A program made the translations under genes and the position numbers. From the IMG/VR virus record IMGVR_UViG_2974794945_000001, positions 229,273 to 293,272 of that record: a stretch of DNA of 64,000 bases. The stretch is one strand, 5' to 3'. Shown one piece after another: positions 30,020-39,023 of the stretch. Position 1 is the first letter of the stretch; each line of letters opens with the position of its first letter. The stretch comes from a virus (Duplodnaviria; Heunggongvirae; Uroviricota; Caudoviricetes). The notes under the pieces were generated by a model that ran no database searches, was not told where the DNA came from, and worked only from the letters and a program-made list of their open reading frames with translations.

Positions 30020-30304
30020 ATGGGGAATAGCGTAGTAGATAATAGTTTTACCCAAGAGCGCCTTGACGAAATGGCGCAATCGGTTACTGAAGCCAACGAA
30101 GCTAAGCAGATTGAAATTCTGGACAGTCTTGTAGGTATTCGCATTGAAGCGCAAGCAATGACATTGGAGCAAGGTGTCATTCATGCAATCACTGAAACTG
30201 CACGTGTTTATGAAAATGCGTTCTGTTTAGAAGTAACTGCTAATGGGTGCGCCACTGAATTTATGGGCGCTGCAGATCGTTTTGTGGAAGAAATCAACTC
30301 GTGA
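30020..30304 (+). CDS. INS/INT-tail family member B (ends ..RFVEEINS)
   Basis: ORF; C-terminal motif. Confidence 0.55.
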   Translation: MGNSVVDNSFTQERLDEMAQSVTEANEAKQIEILDSLVGIRIEAQAMTLEQGVIHAITETARVYENAFCLEVTANGCATEFMGAADRFVEEINS

Positions 30305-30534
30305 GAAATGACATCAGCGATGCCTCAGTAGATCTAGTCACAGACCACTTGATGGAATGGACTGGTAATTTGGACAAGAATAGTGTTGCAGCAGTAATCG
30401 TAGGAGTTGAGAAAACCCTCGATGCTCTTGCGCTAGCTATGATTATCCCGCTGAACTTCAAAGAACGTCTTACGAGTGCAATGTCACGTCGGAGCACCAA
30501 GCCTGCTCCAATTCTTAGTCTTACCCAAGACTAA
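30301..30534 (+). CDS. hypothetical protein (77 aa)
   Basis: ORF. Confidence 0.45.
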   Translation: MRNDISDASVDLVTDHLMEWTGNLDKNSVAAVIVGVEKTLDALALAMIIPLNFKERLTSAMSRRSTKPAPILSLTQD

Positions 30535-30607
30535 AGAAATACTCCACCATGCAATAACATACGTGACCAATCCGGTGCGTATTACTAATTCAAAAAGGAA
30601 CACAGCA

Positions 30608-30844
30608 ATGAACGAAGTAAACACAATCAGCGTAGATGAATCCCGCCTGCAACTGGTAAGCGTCATCAATGACGTCCGTGCCGATGCTGTTAAGCTGGAC
30701 ACTGCTGCTGCTGTTGACTACGCCATTCAAGGCACCCTGGCTGCTGCTGCAACTGCAATCACCGTTACTGGTGTTGATGCCCCAGTGCTGGAAGATTTCG
30801 CCAAACAAATCGCTGCTACCTGGGTTGAAACCGTCAACTCGTAA
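30608..30844 (+). CDS. INS/INT-tail family member C (ends ..TWVETVNS)
   Basis: Internal ATG 30608 with aaaggaa RBS; Ala-rich. Confidence 0.5.
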   Translation: MNEVNTISVDESRLQLVSVINDVRADAVKLDTAAAVDYAIQGTLAAAATAITVTGVDAPVLEDFAKQIAATWVETVNS

Positions 30845-30917
30845 TCCATTGCCGGTAACCATTGGTGGCTAAGACAAAATAAAAGCCACCAATGGCCTTG
30901 CTCAAAGGTTAGTATAA

Positions 30918-31193
30918 ATGTCTGTTAGCCTAAAAGAATCTGGACTTCTTGATCAATTGATTTTTGATCGGGATGAGATTGTTTGCTGCACATTGAAAGA
31001 TCTGGAAGATGACTACACCAAAGAAAAGGTGACGGCTGCTCTGGATGAAGTTTACAATCGCACAGTAGGTAATACTCTGGCGACGTTAAACAAGAATGGT
31101 TTTTATACAATCGCTGATGCCATTGCTGGTACTATTGGCGATGTGGTAAGCCAAGATTCCCATGACGAATGGATTAACGCAATTAACACGTAA
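30918..31193 (+). CDS. INS/INT-tail family member D (ends ..EWINAINT)
   Basis: ORF. Confidence 0.55.
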   Translation: MSVSLKESGLLDQLIFDRDEIVCCTLKDLEDDYTKEKVTAALDEVYNRTVGNTLATLNKNGFYTIADAIAGTIGDVVSQDSHDEWINAINT

Positions 31194-31202
31194 GGAAAGT
31201 AG

Positions 31203-31547
31203 ATGTTCCCTGTATATTGGCAAGGTAGTGTCATTGGTGCAATCATTGGTTTGATTGTGTTGGCGGTATTCGCTTATTGGTTGATCCGTACCAAAGCTGA
31301 ATCACTTGGTTTTCTTACCAAGCGCACCCGTTGGATCACAGTTGTTTTACTTCCCCTCATTTGGGTACTTTCGTTTGTTAACGTGGGTATTCATCAGACT
31401 CAAGGCGATCGTGTTCGTTTTGATCAGGCCGGTCAATTGACCGAGAAGTCTACACCTGTTGTACGCTCCAGTGCTTCCCCTGAATCAGCACGTCAAGCTG
31501 CCGCTGAAACGCGGAAAGAAATTGACGCTGGTAACCTGAACAAGTAA
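31203..31547 (+). CDS. membrane protein (114 aa, two TM)
   Basis: Hydrophobic N-terminal half. Confidence 0.5.
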   Translation: MFPVYWQGSVIGAIIGLIVLAVFAYWLIRTKAESLGFLTKRTRWITVVLLPLIWVLSFVNVGIHQTQGDRVRFDQAGQLTEKSTPVVRSSASPESARQAAAETRKEIDAGNLNK

Positions 31548-31592
31548 TTCACCGCTACACCAAACAGAATTGAATTCAATAAGGAAAGATGC

Positions 31593-32456
31593 ATGAAACT
31601 GTTGTCCATGATTAAAACTGCTGCACTTGCAATGGTTGCTGTAGTGGCTCTGCAAGGTTGCTCGTTTGAAGTTATTCCACCTGCCTTTAAAGGTAAGGTC
31701 CTGACTACTTCTGGTTACAATCCAGAAATCCTGGAGCCGGGTAAAGAAACCCTGTTTGGTCGTGACGAACTGGTTCTTCTGGAAACCGGTACCCGCACCG
31801 TAGCGGAAACCATTACCGTTAAAATGGAAGACAAACTGGACCTCACTTTTGATGTCCGCTTCCGTACTCGCATTGGCGGTAACGAGAAAGTCCTGAACGC
31901 AATGTTCAATGACATTCAAGTTCAAAACCGTATGGTTACTCTGCAACAAGTCTACGGCGTGTATGGCCTGGACGTAGTGCAATCAGTAGCTCGTTCCGTT
32001 GTAGGTAAGTACAAGACCGAAGACGTCGGTGCTAACTTTGATAACATCACCAAAGACCTGGCTGAACGTCTGACCAAAGCAATGGTGAATTCGCCCCTGG
32101 AAGTATCAAACGTTACCTTGGGTAATCTGAAATATCCTGATGTTATTACCATTGCAATTGAAAAGCAATCGGAACGTCGTCTGGCTATTGAAACAGAAAC
32201 CAACCAGCAGGCAATTGAAACCACCAAGCGTACCAACATGTTGGCTTTGGCACAATTGGATCGCGATATCGAACTGACTCGCGCTAAAACCCTGCGTGAC
32301 TCTAACGCTATCACTGCTGATGGCCTGAGCCCAATGCTGCTTGCTTACAAAGCACTGGACGTTCAGCAAGATATGGCTAAGAACAATGCCGCTGTATTCG
32401 TGCCTTACGAGGCTATGGGTAGCAGCGGTTTGTCGAACCGCATCTTTAACAAGTAA
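31593..32456 (+). CDS. SPFH/band-7 (prohibitin/HflK-like) domain lipoprotein
   Basis: Lipoprotein signal MKLLSMIKTAALAMVAVVALQGC (lipobox LQGC). SPFH core and coiled-coil tail (..QQAIETTKRTNMLALAQLDRDIELTRAKTLRD..AAVFVP). Confidence 0.6.
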   Translation: MKLLSMIKTAALAMVAVVALQGCSFEVIPPAFKGKVLTTSGYNPEILEPGKETLFGRDELVLLETGTRTVAETITVKMEDKLDLTFDVRFRTRIGGNEKVLNAMFNDIQVQNRMVTLQQVYGVYGLDVVQSVARSVVGKYKTEDVGANFDNITKDLAERLTKAMVNSPLEVSNVTLGNLKYPDVITIAIEKQSERRLAIETETNQQAIETTKRTNMLALAQLDRDIELTRAKTLRDSNAITADGLSPMLLAYKALDVQQDMAKNNAAVFVPYEAMGSSGLSNRIFNK

Positions 32457-32507
32457 TGCCTGATCTGATCGAGATGTCCGATAGCTTGAAAAAAAGCTAT
32501 CGGTATA

Positions 32508-32816
32508 TTGGCTGACCGTAGGCAGCAAGAAGAACATGACCGTGTAACTAATCGCAACCTTTTTATGGCGGTGGTGGTTGAAGGGTTAATTGAAAAAGGT
32601 AACACTGGTACTTTCTTTGAAGATAATCCGGAAGCAGCAACTGCTCACCGAGTAGGTCTGCGGGAAGGTGCAGCTGTAGTTATGAAAACAATTGATCGGT
32701 TAGACATGTCTGTCCATTCTACAGAAGACCATTGTATTAACCTTACCGTCGATGATGGTGATACTTATTGCAGTGTTAGTCTTGCAGAAGCCTTCGCGGC
32801 ATCGATTAACTCGTAA
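32508..32816 (+). CDS. INS/INT-tail family member E (ends ..AFAASINS); start may be ATG 32565
   Basis: ORF. Confidence 0.5.
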   Translation: MADRRQQEEHDRVTNRNLFMAVVVEGLIEKGNTGTFFEDNPEAATAHRVGLREGAAVVMKTIDRLDMSVHSTEDHCINLTVDDGDTYCSVSLAEAFAASINS

Positions 32817-32823
32817 ACAAACG

Positions 32824-32861
32824 GCCTCTCTTCGGAGAGGCTTTTTGATGTTTTCTTTTTT
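32824..32861 (+). terminator. rho-independent terminator
   Basis: gcctctc-ttcg-gagaggc + tttttgatgttttcttttttg. Confidence 0.7.
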
Positions 32862-32872
32862 GTGGGGTTGTA

Positions 32873-33106
32873 ATGGTTACAGATCCAGATAAATTTTTTG
32901 GTGGACTAGTTGAATACTTGGATGATAACTCAGCTGGTGAAGCGGGTACACTTACCCAGCTTATTGAAGGGTCACGATTGACCATTGGTTATTTTAGTCA
33001 CTTTGCTAAAACCGGTGAATCATTGACTATGGAAAAAGCAGACGACATAAAAGAAGATGTAATGTTAAAAGCTTTTGAAAAACATGTTGATTTGCATTAT
33101 GGTTGA
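32873..33106 (+). CDS. hypothetical protein (77 aa)
   Basis: ORF. Confidence 0.5.
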   Translation: MVTDPDKFFGGLVEYLDDNSAGEAGTLTQLIEGSRLTIGYFSHFAKTGESLTMEKADDIKEDVMLKAFEKHVDLHYG

Positions 33107-33395
33107 TTATCAAAGATTCTTTCATGATCTGATAATTGAACAATGTGGTCCGTCATATGCCCAAAACAATCCTACCGAGTTTCACCAAGGAATGGCATTT
33201 GGTATGGCTACAATTACTCCGACTGTCATTACACAAACATTACAAATAGCTAATGAACACGGCTTATTAAAAGAAGGCGTATATGAAGCTTGGCACGAGT
33301 ATTATTACAATACTGTTTCTGAAGAGAACCCTAGTCTGGAAGATTTCCGAAAAGAATTAATACGGCGTCGATCTGAAGAAGATCTTGATGCTTAA
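33099..33395 (+). CDS. hypothetical protein (98 aa from ATG 33099)
   Basis: ORF; 8-nt overlap with previous stop. Confidence 0.5.
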   Translation: MVDYQRFFHDLIIEQCGPSYAQNNPTEFHQGMAFGMATITPTVITQTLQIANEHGLLKEGVYEAWHEYYYNTVSEENPSLEDFRKELIRRRSEEDLDA

Positions 33396-33450
33396 CCGGT
33401 ATTAAAAAACGCTGCTGCATTCTGTATGTATCAATACCCGGAACACTGTC

Positions 33451-33558
33451 ATGAAACTCAAGCTTATAGAATTCATCTATGGTTACCGTGCCCCTTTGGG
33501 TATGGCTGTAATAGGTGGGTTTTACATTCTCTCTGTTAATATCGCTGGCCTTAACTAA
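33451..33558 (+). CDS. candidate small membrane peptide (35 aa)
   Basis: MKLKLIEFIYGYRAPLGMAVIGGFYILSVNIAGLN; below the ORF-track cutoff. Confidence 0.3.
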   Translation: MKLKLIEFIYGYRAPLGMAVIGGFYILSVNIAGLN

Positions 33559-33570
33559 CAAGGATTACCG

Positions 33571-34029
33571 ATGCATTCGTCCACCGCTTTGACTCTCGCT
33601 GCAATCGTTCTCGTTCTATTTCTAGCCTACCGCACATGGTCTAGTCTTATCCCGGCAGCAGCTGGTGGATTAAACGAATGGATCGATCAAGATTTTCCCG
33701 AAATCGTGCACACCCCTAAGCCTACATGGCTAACGGGGTTCCGTTACAAACGACATGGTATTGATGCTATTGCTAAACTAGATGTACCCATCTGTTTGGA
33801 ATATGAACAATCAGGTAATCTAGGTCGGTTTTCTATTGTTGATTCGTTTGCGCGAGCTACGGTTGCTACTGACGGGAACGATCGTTCTCATAAGAAAGAC
33901 CTAGTGGCTTACAATTGTGGTTTGGACCTGGTTCAATATACCGGTGGACAAATTGCAGTCAGTGTGGTTTACAACCGTATTTGCATTACGGAAGTTGAAC
34001 CAATTATTGAGGAATCTGCCTGTGAGTAG
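33571..34029 (+). CDS. membrane-anchored protein (152 aa)
   Basis: N-terminal TM LTLAAIVLVLFLAY. Confidence 0.5.
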   Translation: MHSSTALTLAAIVLVLFLAYRTWSSLIPAAAGGLNEWIDQDFPEIVHTPKPTWLTGFRYKRHGIDAIAKLDVPICLEYEQSGNLGRFSIVDSFARATVATDGNDRSHKKDLVAYNCGLDLVQYTGGQIAVSVVYNRICITEVEPIIEESACE

Positions 34030-34372
34030 AAAAGTACCCACCAAACAAGAACTTGAAGAAGCTTATGCTAAGGTAGCCGAAATTGAAGCTGAGTTAGTTC
34101 AAGAAGCAGCCGATGCTCGCATTCTGCTCTTTACCGAAATGCAATGTCAAGTTAATGATCGCGCTATTCCTACCTTTCGTAAAGGTGCAACCATGTCCCA
34201 AGCATTCCGTATGGGCATTGATGCCGGTATTGAAGTTGCTTTGGATAGCATGGATCGTCGAGGTATTACTTTGATTGATGGCGATGATCGTTTACTAAAC
34301 GTAGCTTTCGCACATGAAGGTCCTGATCTGTTGCCCATGAATGAATTGTGGGCATCTTACATTAATAGCTGA
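34022..34372 (+). CDS. INS/INT-tail family member F (ends ..ELWASYINS); GTG start
   Basis: GTG 34022 overlaps the upstream stop by 8 nt. Confidence 0.5.
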   Translation: MSRKVPTKQELEEAYAKVAEIEAELVQEAADARILLFTEMQCQVNDRAIPTFRKGATMSQAFRMGIDAGIEVALDSMDRRGITLIDGDDRLLNVAFAHEGPDLLPMNELWASYINS

Positions 34373-34379
34373 GGTAGTT

Positions 34380-34688
34380 ATGGGTCAAGGACTATCTGCA
34401 GCAAATGTAGTAACAGATGACATGTACTTAGCACAAGATGCTAAATGCAATCAGGAAAATTTCTTTGGTCTTTTAACGGATACATTGGCTGGCATTAAAG
34501 CCGTAGCTTCGGAGGATCAATTAGCTGGAATAATTTGTGGTGCACGGATGGTGTTAGGTGCCATTGAAGATTTGGACTTTGAGTTAATAAATCGCAAAGA
34601 TCAAACGCCATTGAATCCTAAACACGAATACATGGATTTTGATTTAGTAGTAGCTTGGGACAATTATGTTTCCGAGATAAACACCTGA
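34380..34688 (+). CDS. INS/INT-tail family member G (ends ..WDNYVSEINT)
   Basis: ATG 34380 with gagg RBS; clearly homologous to member H. Confidence 0.55.
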   Translation: MGQGLSAANVVTDDMYLAQDAKCNQENFFGLLTDTLAGIKAVASEDQLAGIICGARMVLGAIEDLDFELINRKDQTPLNPKHEYMDFDLVVAWDNYVSEINT

Positions 34689-34695
34689 GGCAATA

Positions 34696-35064
34696 ATGAA
34701 CGACCTAGCTGGCGCATTTGAAAGAAACAAACTTCGCAACTTCCAAGCTAGTTCTAAACTAGAAGGCATTGACTTGATAAAAGATATTGATCCAGCTGTC
34801 CTTCAGATTGCAGGTACTCAAATTTCTCAAGGTTTGTTTGTCCAACATATTGAAGATCGAATAAACAGCTTAGTTGAACTTGGCACTGGTGCAGGATCAA
34901 TTGAATGTGTTCGAACCGGTGTACGGCTTGTATTGGACACCATCGATGAATGCAATATGTTATTGTTAGATGAAGCCAACGAACCGATCAACCCACCTCA
35001 TGAAACAGTCGATTTTAGTTTAGTGGCCTATTGGGATATCCATTGCGCTGACATTAATAGTTAA
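34696..35064 (+). CDS. INS/INT-tail family member H (ends ..WDIHCADINS)
   Basis: ORF. Confidence 0.55.
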   Translation: MNDLAGAFERNKLRNFQASSKLEGIDLIKDIDPAVLQIAGTQISQGLFVQHIEDRINSLVELGTGAGSIECVRTGVRLVLDTIDECNMLLLDEANEPINPPHETVDFSLVAYWDIHCADINS

Positions 35065-35126
35065 GCCCTGTGTGATCTTATGTATCTACGTTTGTAGATT
35101 CTGTCTGATCATAAAGGAGCCTACTA

Positions 35127-35687
35127 ATGGCAATTCTGAATAAGCAAGATGCAATCGCTGCACGCGTTGCTACTGACATCTCCCCTGTGGAAGCCGCAAT
35201 CAATGATTACCTGACTTCTCAGCGTGTTATTGATTATCTCACCAACGTAGAAATTGCTAACCCATCTGTACGTGTAAACGTTGATGGTCAAGTACTGACT
35301 AAAGCTGCACTTGATGCAGTCAAAGCTTCGGTTGAAGCCGCTGGTTGGAAATCGGTTGAAGTCATCCAAGAAGCTAAGCGTGTAGTTGTTGCTTTCTCTG
35401 TTGAAGAGAAAATCGTTACTCCACCTGAGCCGGATGTATATGTTGCTACTGTAGCCCCTGGCTCAGCAAGCATCATTGTTGGTGCAACTGCAAAGTTCAC
35501 CGCAACTGTAACTAAAAATGGTCAAGCATACACTGCTACGCCTACCTTTAGTTCTGCTACCCCTGGCGTTGCCACTGTAGCTGCTGATGGCACCGTAACT
35601 GGTGTTGCTGCTGGTACTTCGGTTATCACCATTGCAGAAGCTGGTAAGTACAGCAAGACTGTTACCGTCACTGTTACTGCTGCTTAA
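35127..35687 (+). CDS. protein with C-terminal bacterial Ig-like (Big_2) repeats
   Basis: T/A/V-rich beta-strand repeats TATVTKNGQAYTATPTFSSATPGVATVAADGTVTGVAAGTSVITI. Confidence 0.55.
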   Translation: MAILNKQDAIAARVATDISPVEAAINDYLTSQRVIDYLTNVEIANPSVRVNVDGQVLTKAALDAVKASVEAAGWKSVEVIQEAKRVVVAFSVEEKIVTPPEPDVYVATVAPGSASIIVGATAKFTATVTKNGQAYTATPTFSSATPGVATVAADGTVTGVAAGTSVITIAEAGKYSKTVTVTVTAA

Positions 35688-35695
35688 GTCATATT

Positions 35696-35736
35696 GCCTC
35701 TCCCCTAAGGAGAGGCATTTATGCCTTTTCTTTTTA
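35696..35736 (+). terminator. rho-independent terminator
   Basis: gcctctcccc-taa-ggagaggc + tttatgccttttcttttt. Confidence 0.65.
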
Positions 35737-35752
35737 TACATTTAAACAATTT

Positions 35753-35775
35753 AAAAGCCTATATTACTTATTGGA
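35753..35775 (+). promoter_or_regulatory. promoter-like box aaagcCTATATTACttatt
   Basis: CTATATTAC motif. Confidence 0.4.
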
Positions 35776-36166
35776 ATATACTCAATTAGGTTGTAGTCCC
35801 ATGCCTAGAAAAGAACAGAAGTATTCTGCAAGTGCTGCTAACCTTAGCTGCTTTGCTAACTCGCTCTCAATCTCTGTTCGAGAGTTCCATGTTTTCTTTG
35901 GTAAGGATTCTCCCCTGGCTGAATTATTTGCCAGTCATCCTGACCGAGACATTGTAAAGGTTGCTCTAGAAAAGCGCGACCTAACCTGGGTGTATCGAGT
36001 GATTTGGATTGATGCTAGTGAGGACTCTAGTCCTTATGATGTTGATGACCCTATTCGTTTCTTTACCGCTCAGCGCTTCAACCAGCTCATCTTTGATACT
36101 TGTGAGATCAAGCATAACGCATCCATTAATTTCATGGGTGGTGTTGTGATTGATTACAAGCATTAA
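35771..36166 (+). CDS. hypothetical protein (start likely ATG 35801)
   Basis: ORF; the track start overlaps the promoter box. Confidence 0.45.
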   Translation: MEYTQLGCSPMPRKEQKYSASAANLSCFANSLSISVREFHVFFGKDSPLAELFASHPDRDIVKVALEKRDLTWVYRVIWIDASEDSSPYDVDDPIRFFTAQRFNQLIFDTCEIKHNASINFMGGVVIDYKH

Positions 36167-36530
36167 AAGATGGGTAAAAATCCAATTTATTTTTCTTTTG
36201 TGTAGAAGTGGAGTTTTAACCGTGACTGGATATGTTATTGAAATCATGCGTGGGGAAGACCGCGTATACCTCTGCCAGGATCTGAAAAAGAAACCTCTTG
36301 TAGATCCTAAAGAAAGGAATGCTCTTGTGTTCCATTCGTTTGCTGACGGTAAGACTGCATTGAATGCTTTCTTGGCACTCAAACCCAATTACGTTCGTCA
36401 CCTCATTAAAGTGGATGACAAATACAAACGTCCCCTGCATGTGTTCCTTCGTCGTACCGGTGAAAAAGAAGGATTGTTTACCAGTGCTTCCATTTCCAAG
36501 ATCTATGATTTTGTTGAGGTAGTTGCATGA
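36150..36530 (+). CDS. hypothetical protein (start uncertain)
   Basis: ORF. Confidence 0.45.
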   Translation: MITSIKRWVKIQFIFLLCRSGVLTVTGYVIEIMRGEDRVYLCQDLKKKPLVDPKERNALVFHSFADGKTALNAFLALKPNYVRHLIKVDDKYKRPLHVFLRRTGEKEGLFTSASISKIYDFVEVVA

Positions 36531-36667
36531 ACTGGGTTATTACCCGTTACAACGGAGAAGTATGGGAAGCCCCATACCAAATGCTACTCACTGAAGCACT
36601 GGTGCGCTTTATGAAAGACACCGGTTGCAGTGAGTGGGACATCAAACAAATCGTTAACACCCATTAA
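36527..36667 (+). CDS. candidate small protein (46 aa)
   Basis: ATGA overlap with upstream stop; MNWVITRYNGEVWEAPYQMLLTEALVRFMKDTGCSEWDIKQIVNTH; fills a gap before 36681. Confidence 0.4.
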   Translation: MNWVITRYNGEVWEAPYQMLLTEALVRFMKDTGCSEWDIKQIVNTH

Positions 36668-36680
36668 AAGGAAGTACGTT

Positions 36681-37364
36681 ATGATCGAAATTAAAGTTAA
36701 GCCTCAACATGGTAAAGGTCCAGGTATCAACATCCATGGCAAACACGTAACCGAATCTGTGCATCAGATCTTTTCGCGTGTAATGGCTGCAAACCATATT
36801 CATAGTCCTTTTTATAAAGCACGGACTAAATGTTCTGCTTTCTTTCAAGGTGGGTATGATGCCCCTAAAGATAACTGGGTGTTCATTGAATTCTGGGGTT
36901 CCGATTATATGGACTTTGTTCAGATAATTCGGAAATATATTAATTACCTGGATAACGCAGGTAACCCACTTCCTATCACGTATAGTTTTCCCATTGAGCG
37001 CCGTTCAGAAGCAGAAGATATTCACCACTATGTTTTGCGTGGTAAATACTGCCATAACGAAGATGGTACCATCACCCTGTATCCAGAAGATGGTGACGAT
37101 GTAATGGATTTGGTCGATTCTTTGGAGCGCAGCGGTTTTGTAATCAATTGCACCAAAATTGTAATTGACCCTTACGAATGGGAAGAAAAAGGTGCACTCG
37201 GTGTATTTGAAATGATCACCGAAGATACCTCAGTTCCATACATCTGGAAACTGGGGGACAAGTTGCGTTTCCTGCCGGTAAATGAAGAACAGAAAACAGC
37301 AGTAGCAGATCTGCTTGGCTTGTTCAAGATTGCATACGTGTTCCAGAAGTTTGCAGATGAATAA
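36681..37364 (+). CDS. hypothetical protein (227 aa)
   Basis: ATG 36681 with aaggaag RBS. Confidence 0.55.
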   Translation: MIEIKVKPQHGKGPGINIHGKHVTESVHQIFSRVMAANHIHSPFYKARTKCSAFFQGGYDAPKDNWVFIEFWGSDYMDFVQIIRKYINYLDNAGNPLPITYSFPIERRSEAEDIHHYVLRGKYCHNEDGTITLYPEDGDDVMDLVDSLERSGFVINCTKIVIDPYEWEEKGALGVFEMITEDTSVPYIWKLGDKLRFLPVNEEQKTAVADLLGLFKIAYVFQKFADE

Positions 37365-37659
37365 CGGATTAGCTTGGGAGCTGGAATGGATTGACCAGCA
37401 TCCTGAGCATTATGAAGGGCCATTACATAGAGAAGCAGTGAAAAGAAATATTACAGCTCGCTATCTAATGAATCGGTTGATCCAAGGCGAAGTGTTTTAT
37501 AAACCCGTTCCTGAAACACGTTACCAATACCTAGGGCTTTCTTTAGGTGCTGGATCACGACGGGAAGAACGATTGTTTGTCTACTGGAATGCAGAAACTA
37601 ATCAACTGCATCACAGAGATCGGGACGATTACAAAATGCGAATGGAGCGTTGTAAATGA
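37357..37659 (+). CDS. hypothetical protein (100 aa)
   Basis: ATG 37357 overlapping the upstream stop. Confidence 0.5.
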   Translation: MNNGLAWELEWIDQHPEHYEGPLHREAVKRNITARYLMNRLIQGEVFYKPVPETRYQYLGLSLGAGSRREERLFVYWNAETNQLHHRDRDDYKMRMERCK

Positions 37660-37883
37660 ACACTCTAGCAGACGGCGAGTATGACACTTGCCCAAAACAT
37701 GGTCCTAAGCTATATATGCCTACGCGCCGTGTATTGGTTACGGACAATGTGGTTAGCCTAATCCATGATGAAGCAAACCCACCGGAACCAAAACCTTTTG
37801 GCTGGCCTTACCGATTTTCGGTAAATTCCTTTTTTGCTGTTAACGTTATCTTTGATAAAGAAAAGAACAGGGTAGTACAATGA
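37656..37883 (+). CDS. hypothetical protein (75 aa)
   Basis: ORF; ATGA overlap. Confidence 0.5.
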   Translation: MNTLADGEYDTCPKHGPKLYMPTRRVLVTDNVVSLIHDEANPPEPKPFGWPYRFSVNSFFAVNVIFDKEKNRVVQ

Positions 37884-38608
37884 CTAAGTGTGTAATTCAT
37901 CTTGATGTTCCAATTCATGGCGAAGACATGAAGCGTACATATCTGCAAGAACATGATTCCTTGGGGTTTTCTGATCCCATATCTGCAACAGAAATGTATC
38001 CACGTTTGATTGGTACATTAGATTCCAGGGTTTTGATTTTCCCTAACCCTAAAGCAGCAGCGGACTTCGCCGAAGTGTTTAGCCGCTGCGACGGCATGGC
38101 TACACCAGGTATGGCAGTTGGTTACCATGGTATTACTGAAAACGGTAATGCCTGCCCCCCTTTCCGCATTGTGCATCGCAATCCAGTTGTCCCAGGTCCA
38201 GATGCTGTAGCTAAAATTATGTCTGGTTGGGAAAAGCGCATTGAGGCTAAACGCCAAATGTTTCTTCCTGAACTACTCACTATGGCTGATGTCACTGTTG
38301 GTCGTCAAGGGGAATTTAGCCATTCTGAAATGCTAGATGAGATTCGTTATCTTACCGACAACATGGTGGATGAAGAAATTGCTGCTGTGATGGATCGACT
38401 AAATCGTTTCAATCATGACAGCACGGTTATCACGGACATTGATACGTATCCTGAATCAGCAAACATTCATTACACCCGTACCACCGGTGATGGTTGGCAA
38501 CAACACTTCAGTCTTACTATCTGCGCATTTAACTTGTGGGATGAAGCAGGTATCCGTCAACTTAACAATTTGGCACGGCGGCGCAGACAGCATTATGGAA
38601 CAAGGTAA
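37880..38608 (+). CDS. hypothetical protein (242 aa)
   Basis: ORF. Confidence 0.55.
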   Translation: MTKCVIHLDVPIHGEDMKRTYLQEHDSLGFSDPISATEMYPRLIGTLDSRVLIFPNPKAAADFAEVFSRCDGMATPGMAVGYHGITENGNACPPFRIVHRNPVVPGPDAVAKIMSGWEKRIEAKRQMFLPELLTMADVTVGRQGEFSHSEMLDEIRYLTDNMVDEEIAAVMDRLNRFNHDSTVITDIDTYPESANIHYTRTTGDGWQQHFSLTICAFNLWDEAGIRQLNNLARRRRQHYGTR

Positions 38609-39023
38609 TCTACGTCAATACACGACTAGTCAAAAGTACCAGTTTTTTGAAATAGATAAGGATACCACAATAGACCATATCACGTTAGGTGAACGGTTTA
38701 GTTATGGTGACTTGTACATTGTACCCGAAACAGATTTGGAATGGCAAAATTGTCAGGATGCTGGTTTTGGGGGCTATGGCATATTTCAAGTACAGGTGTG
38801 TGTTAAAGAAGGATACTCATGGAAAAATGAATTTGTTTTTCGTGAAGCGCATGTGTTGATTGTGGGTGGTAGCATTCAATCCATTCAACATAAAGCATTG
38901 ACTTGGTTTGAAAATAACCGTGATTTGGTTAACAGTAAATACCCGCATCGGTACGGTCGTGAAATCACACCTATGTTGGTAACCCTTCGTTGTTTTGACC
39001 CTTACGTTCCTAAGGAAAAATAA
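38595..39023 (+). CDS. hypothetical protein (142 aa)
   Basis: ATG 38595, 14-nt overlap. Confidence 0.5.
   Translation: MEQGNLRQYTTSQKYQFFEIDKDTTIDHITLGERFSYGDLYIVPETDLEWQNCQDAGFGGYGIFQVQVCVKEGYSWKNEFVFREAHVLIVGGSIQSIQHKALTWFENNRDLVNSKYPHRYGREITPMLVTLRCFDPYVPKEK

Noticed and set aside
31485-31982. 165-aa minus-strand ORF
   Set aside because: Antisense to the SPFH lipoprotein gene and the upstream membrane protein; no independent signals.
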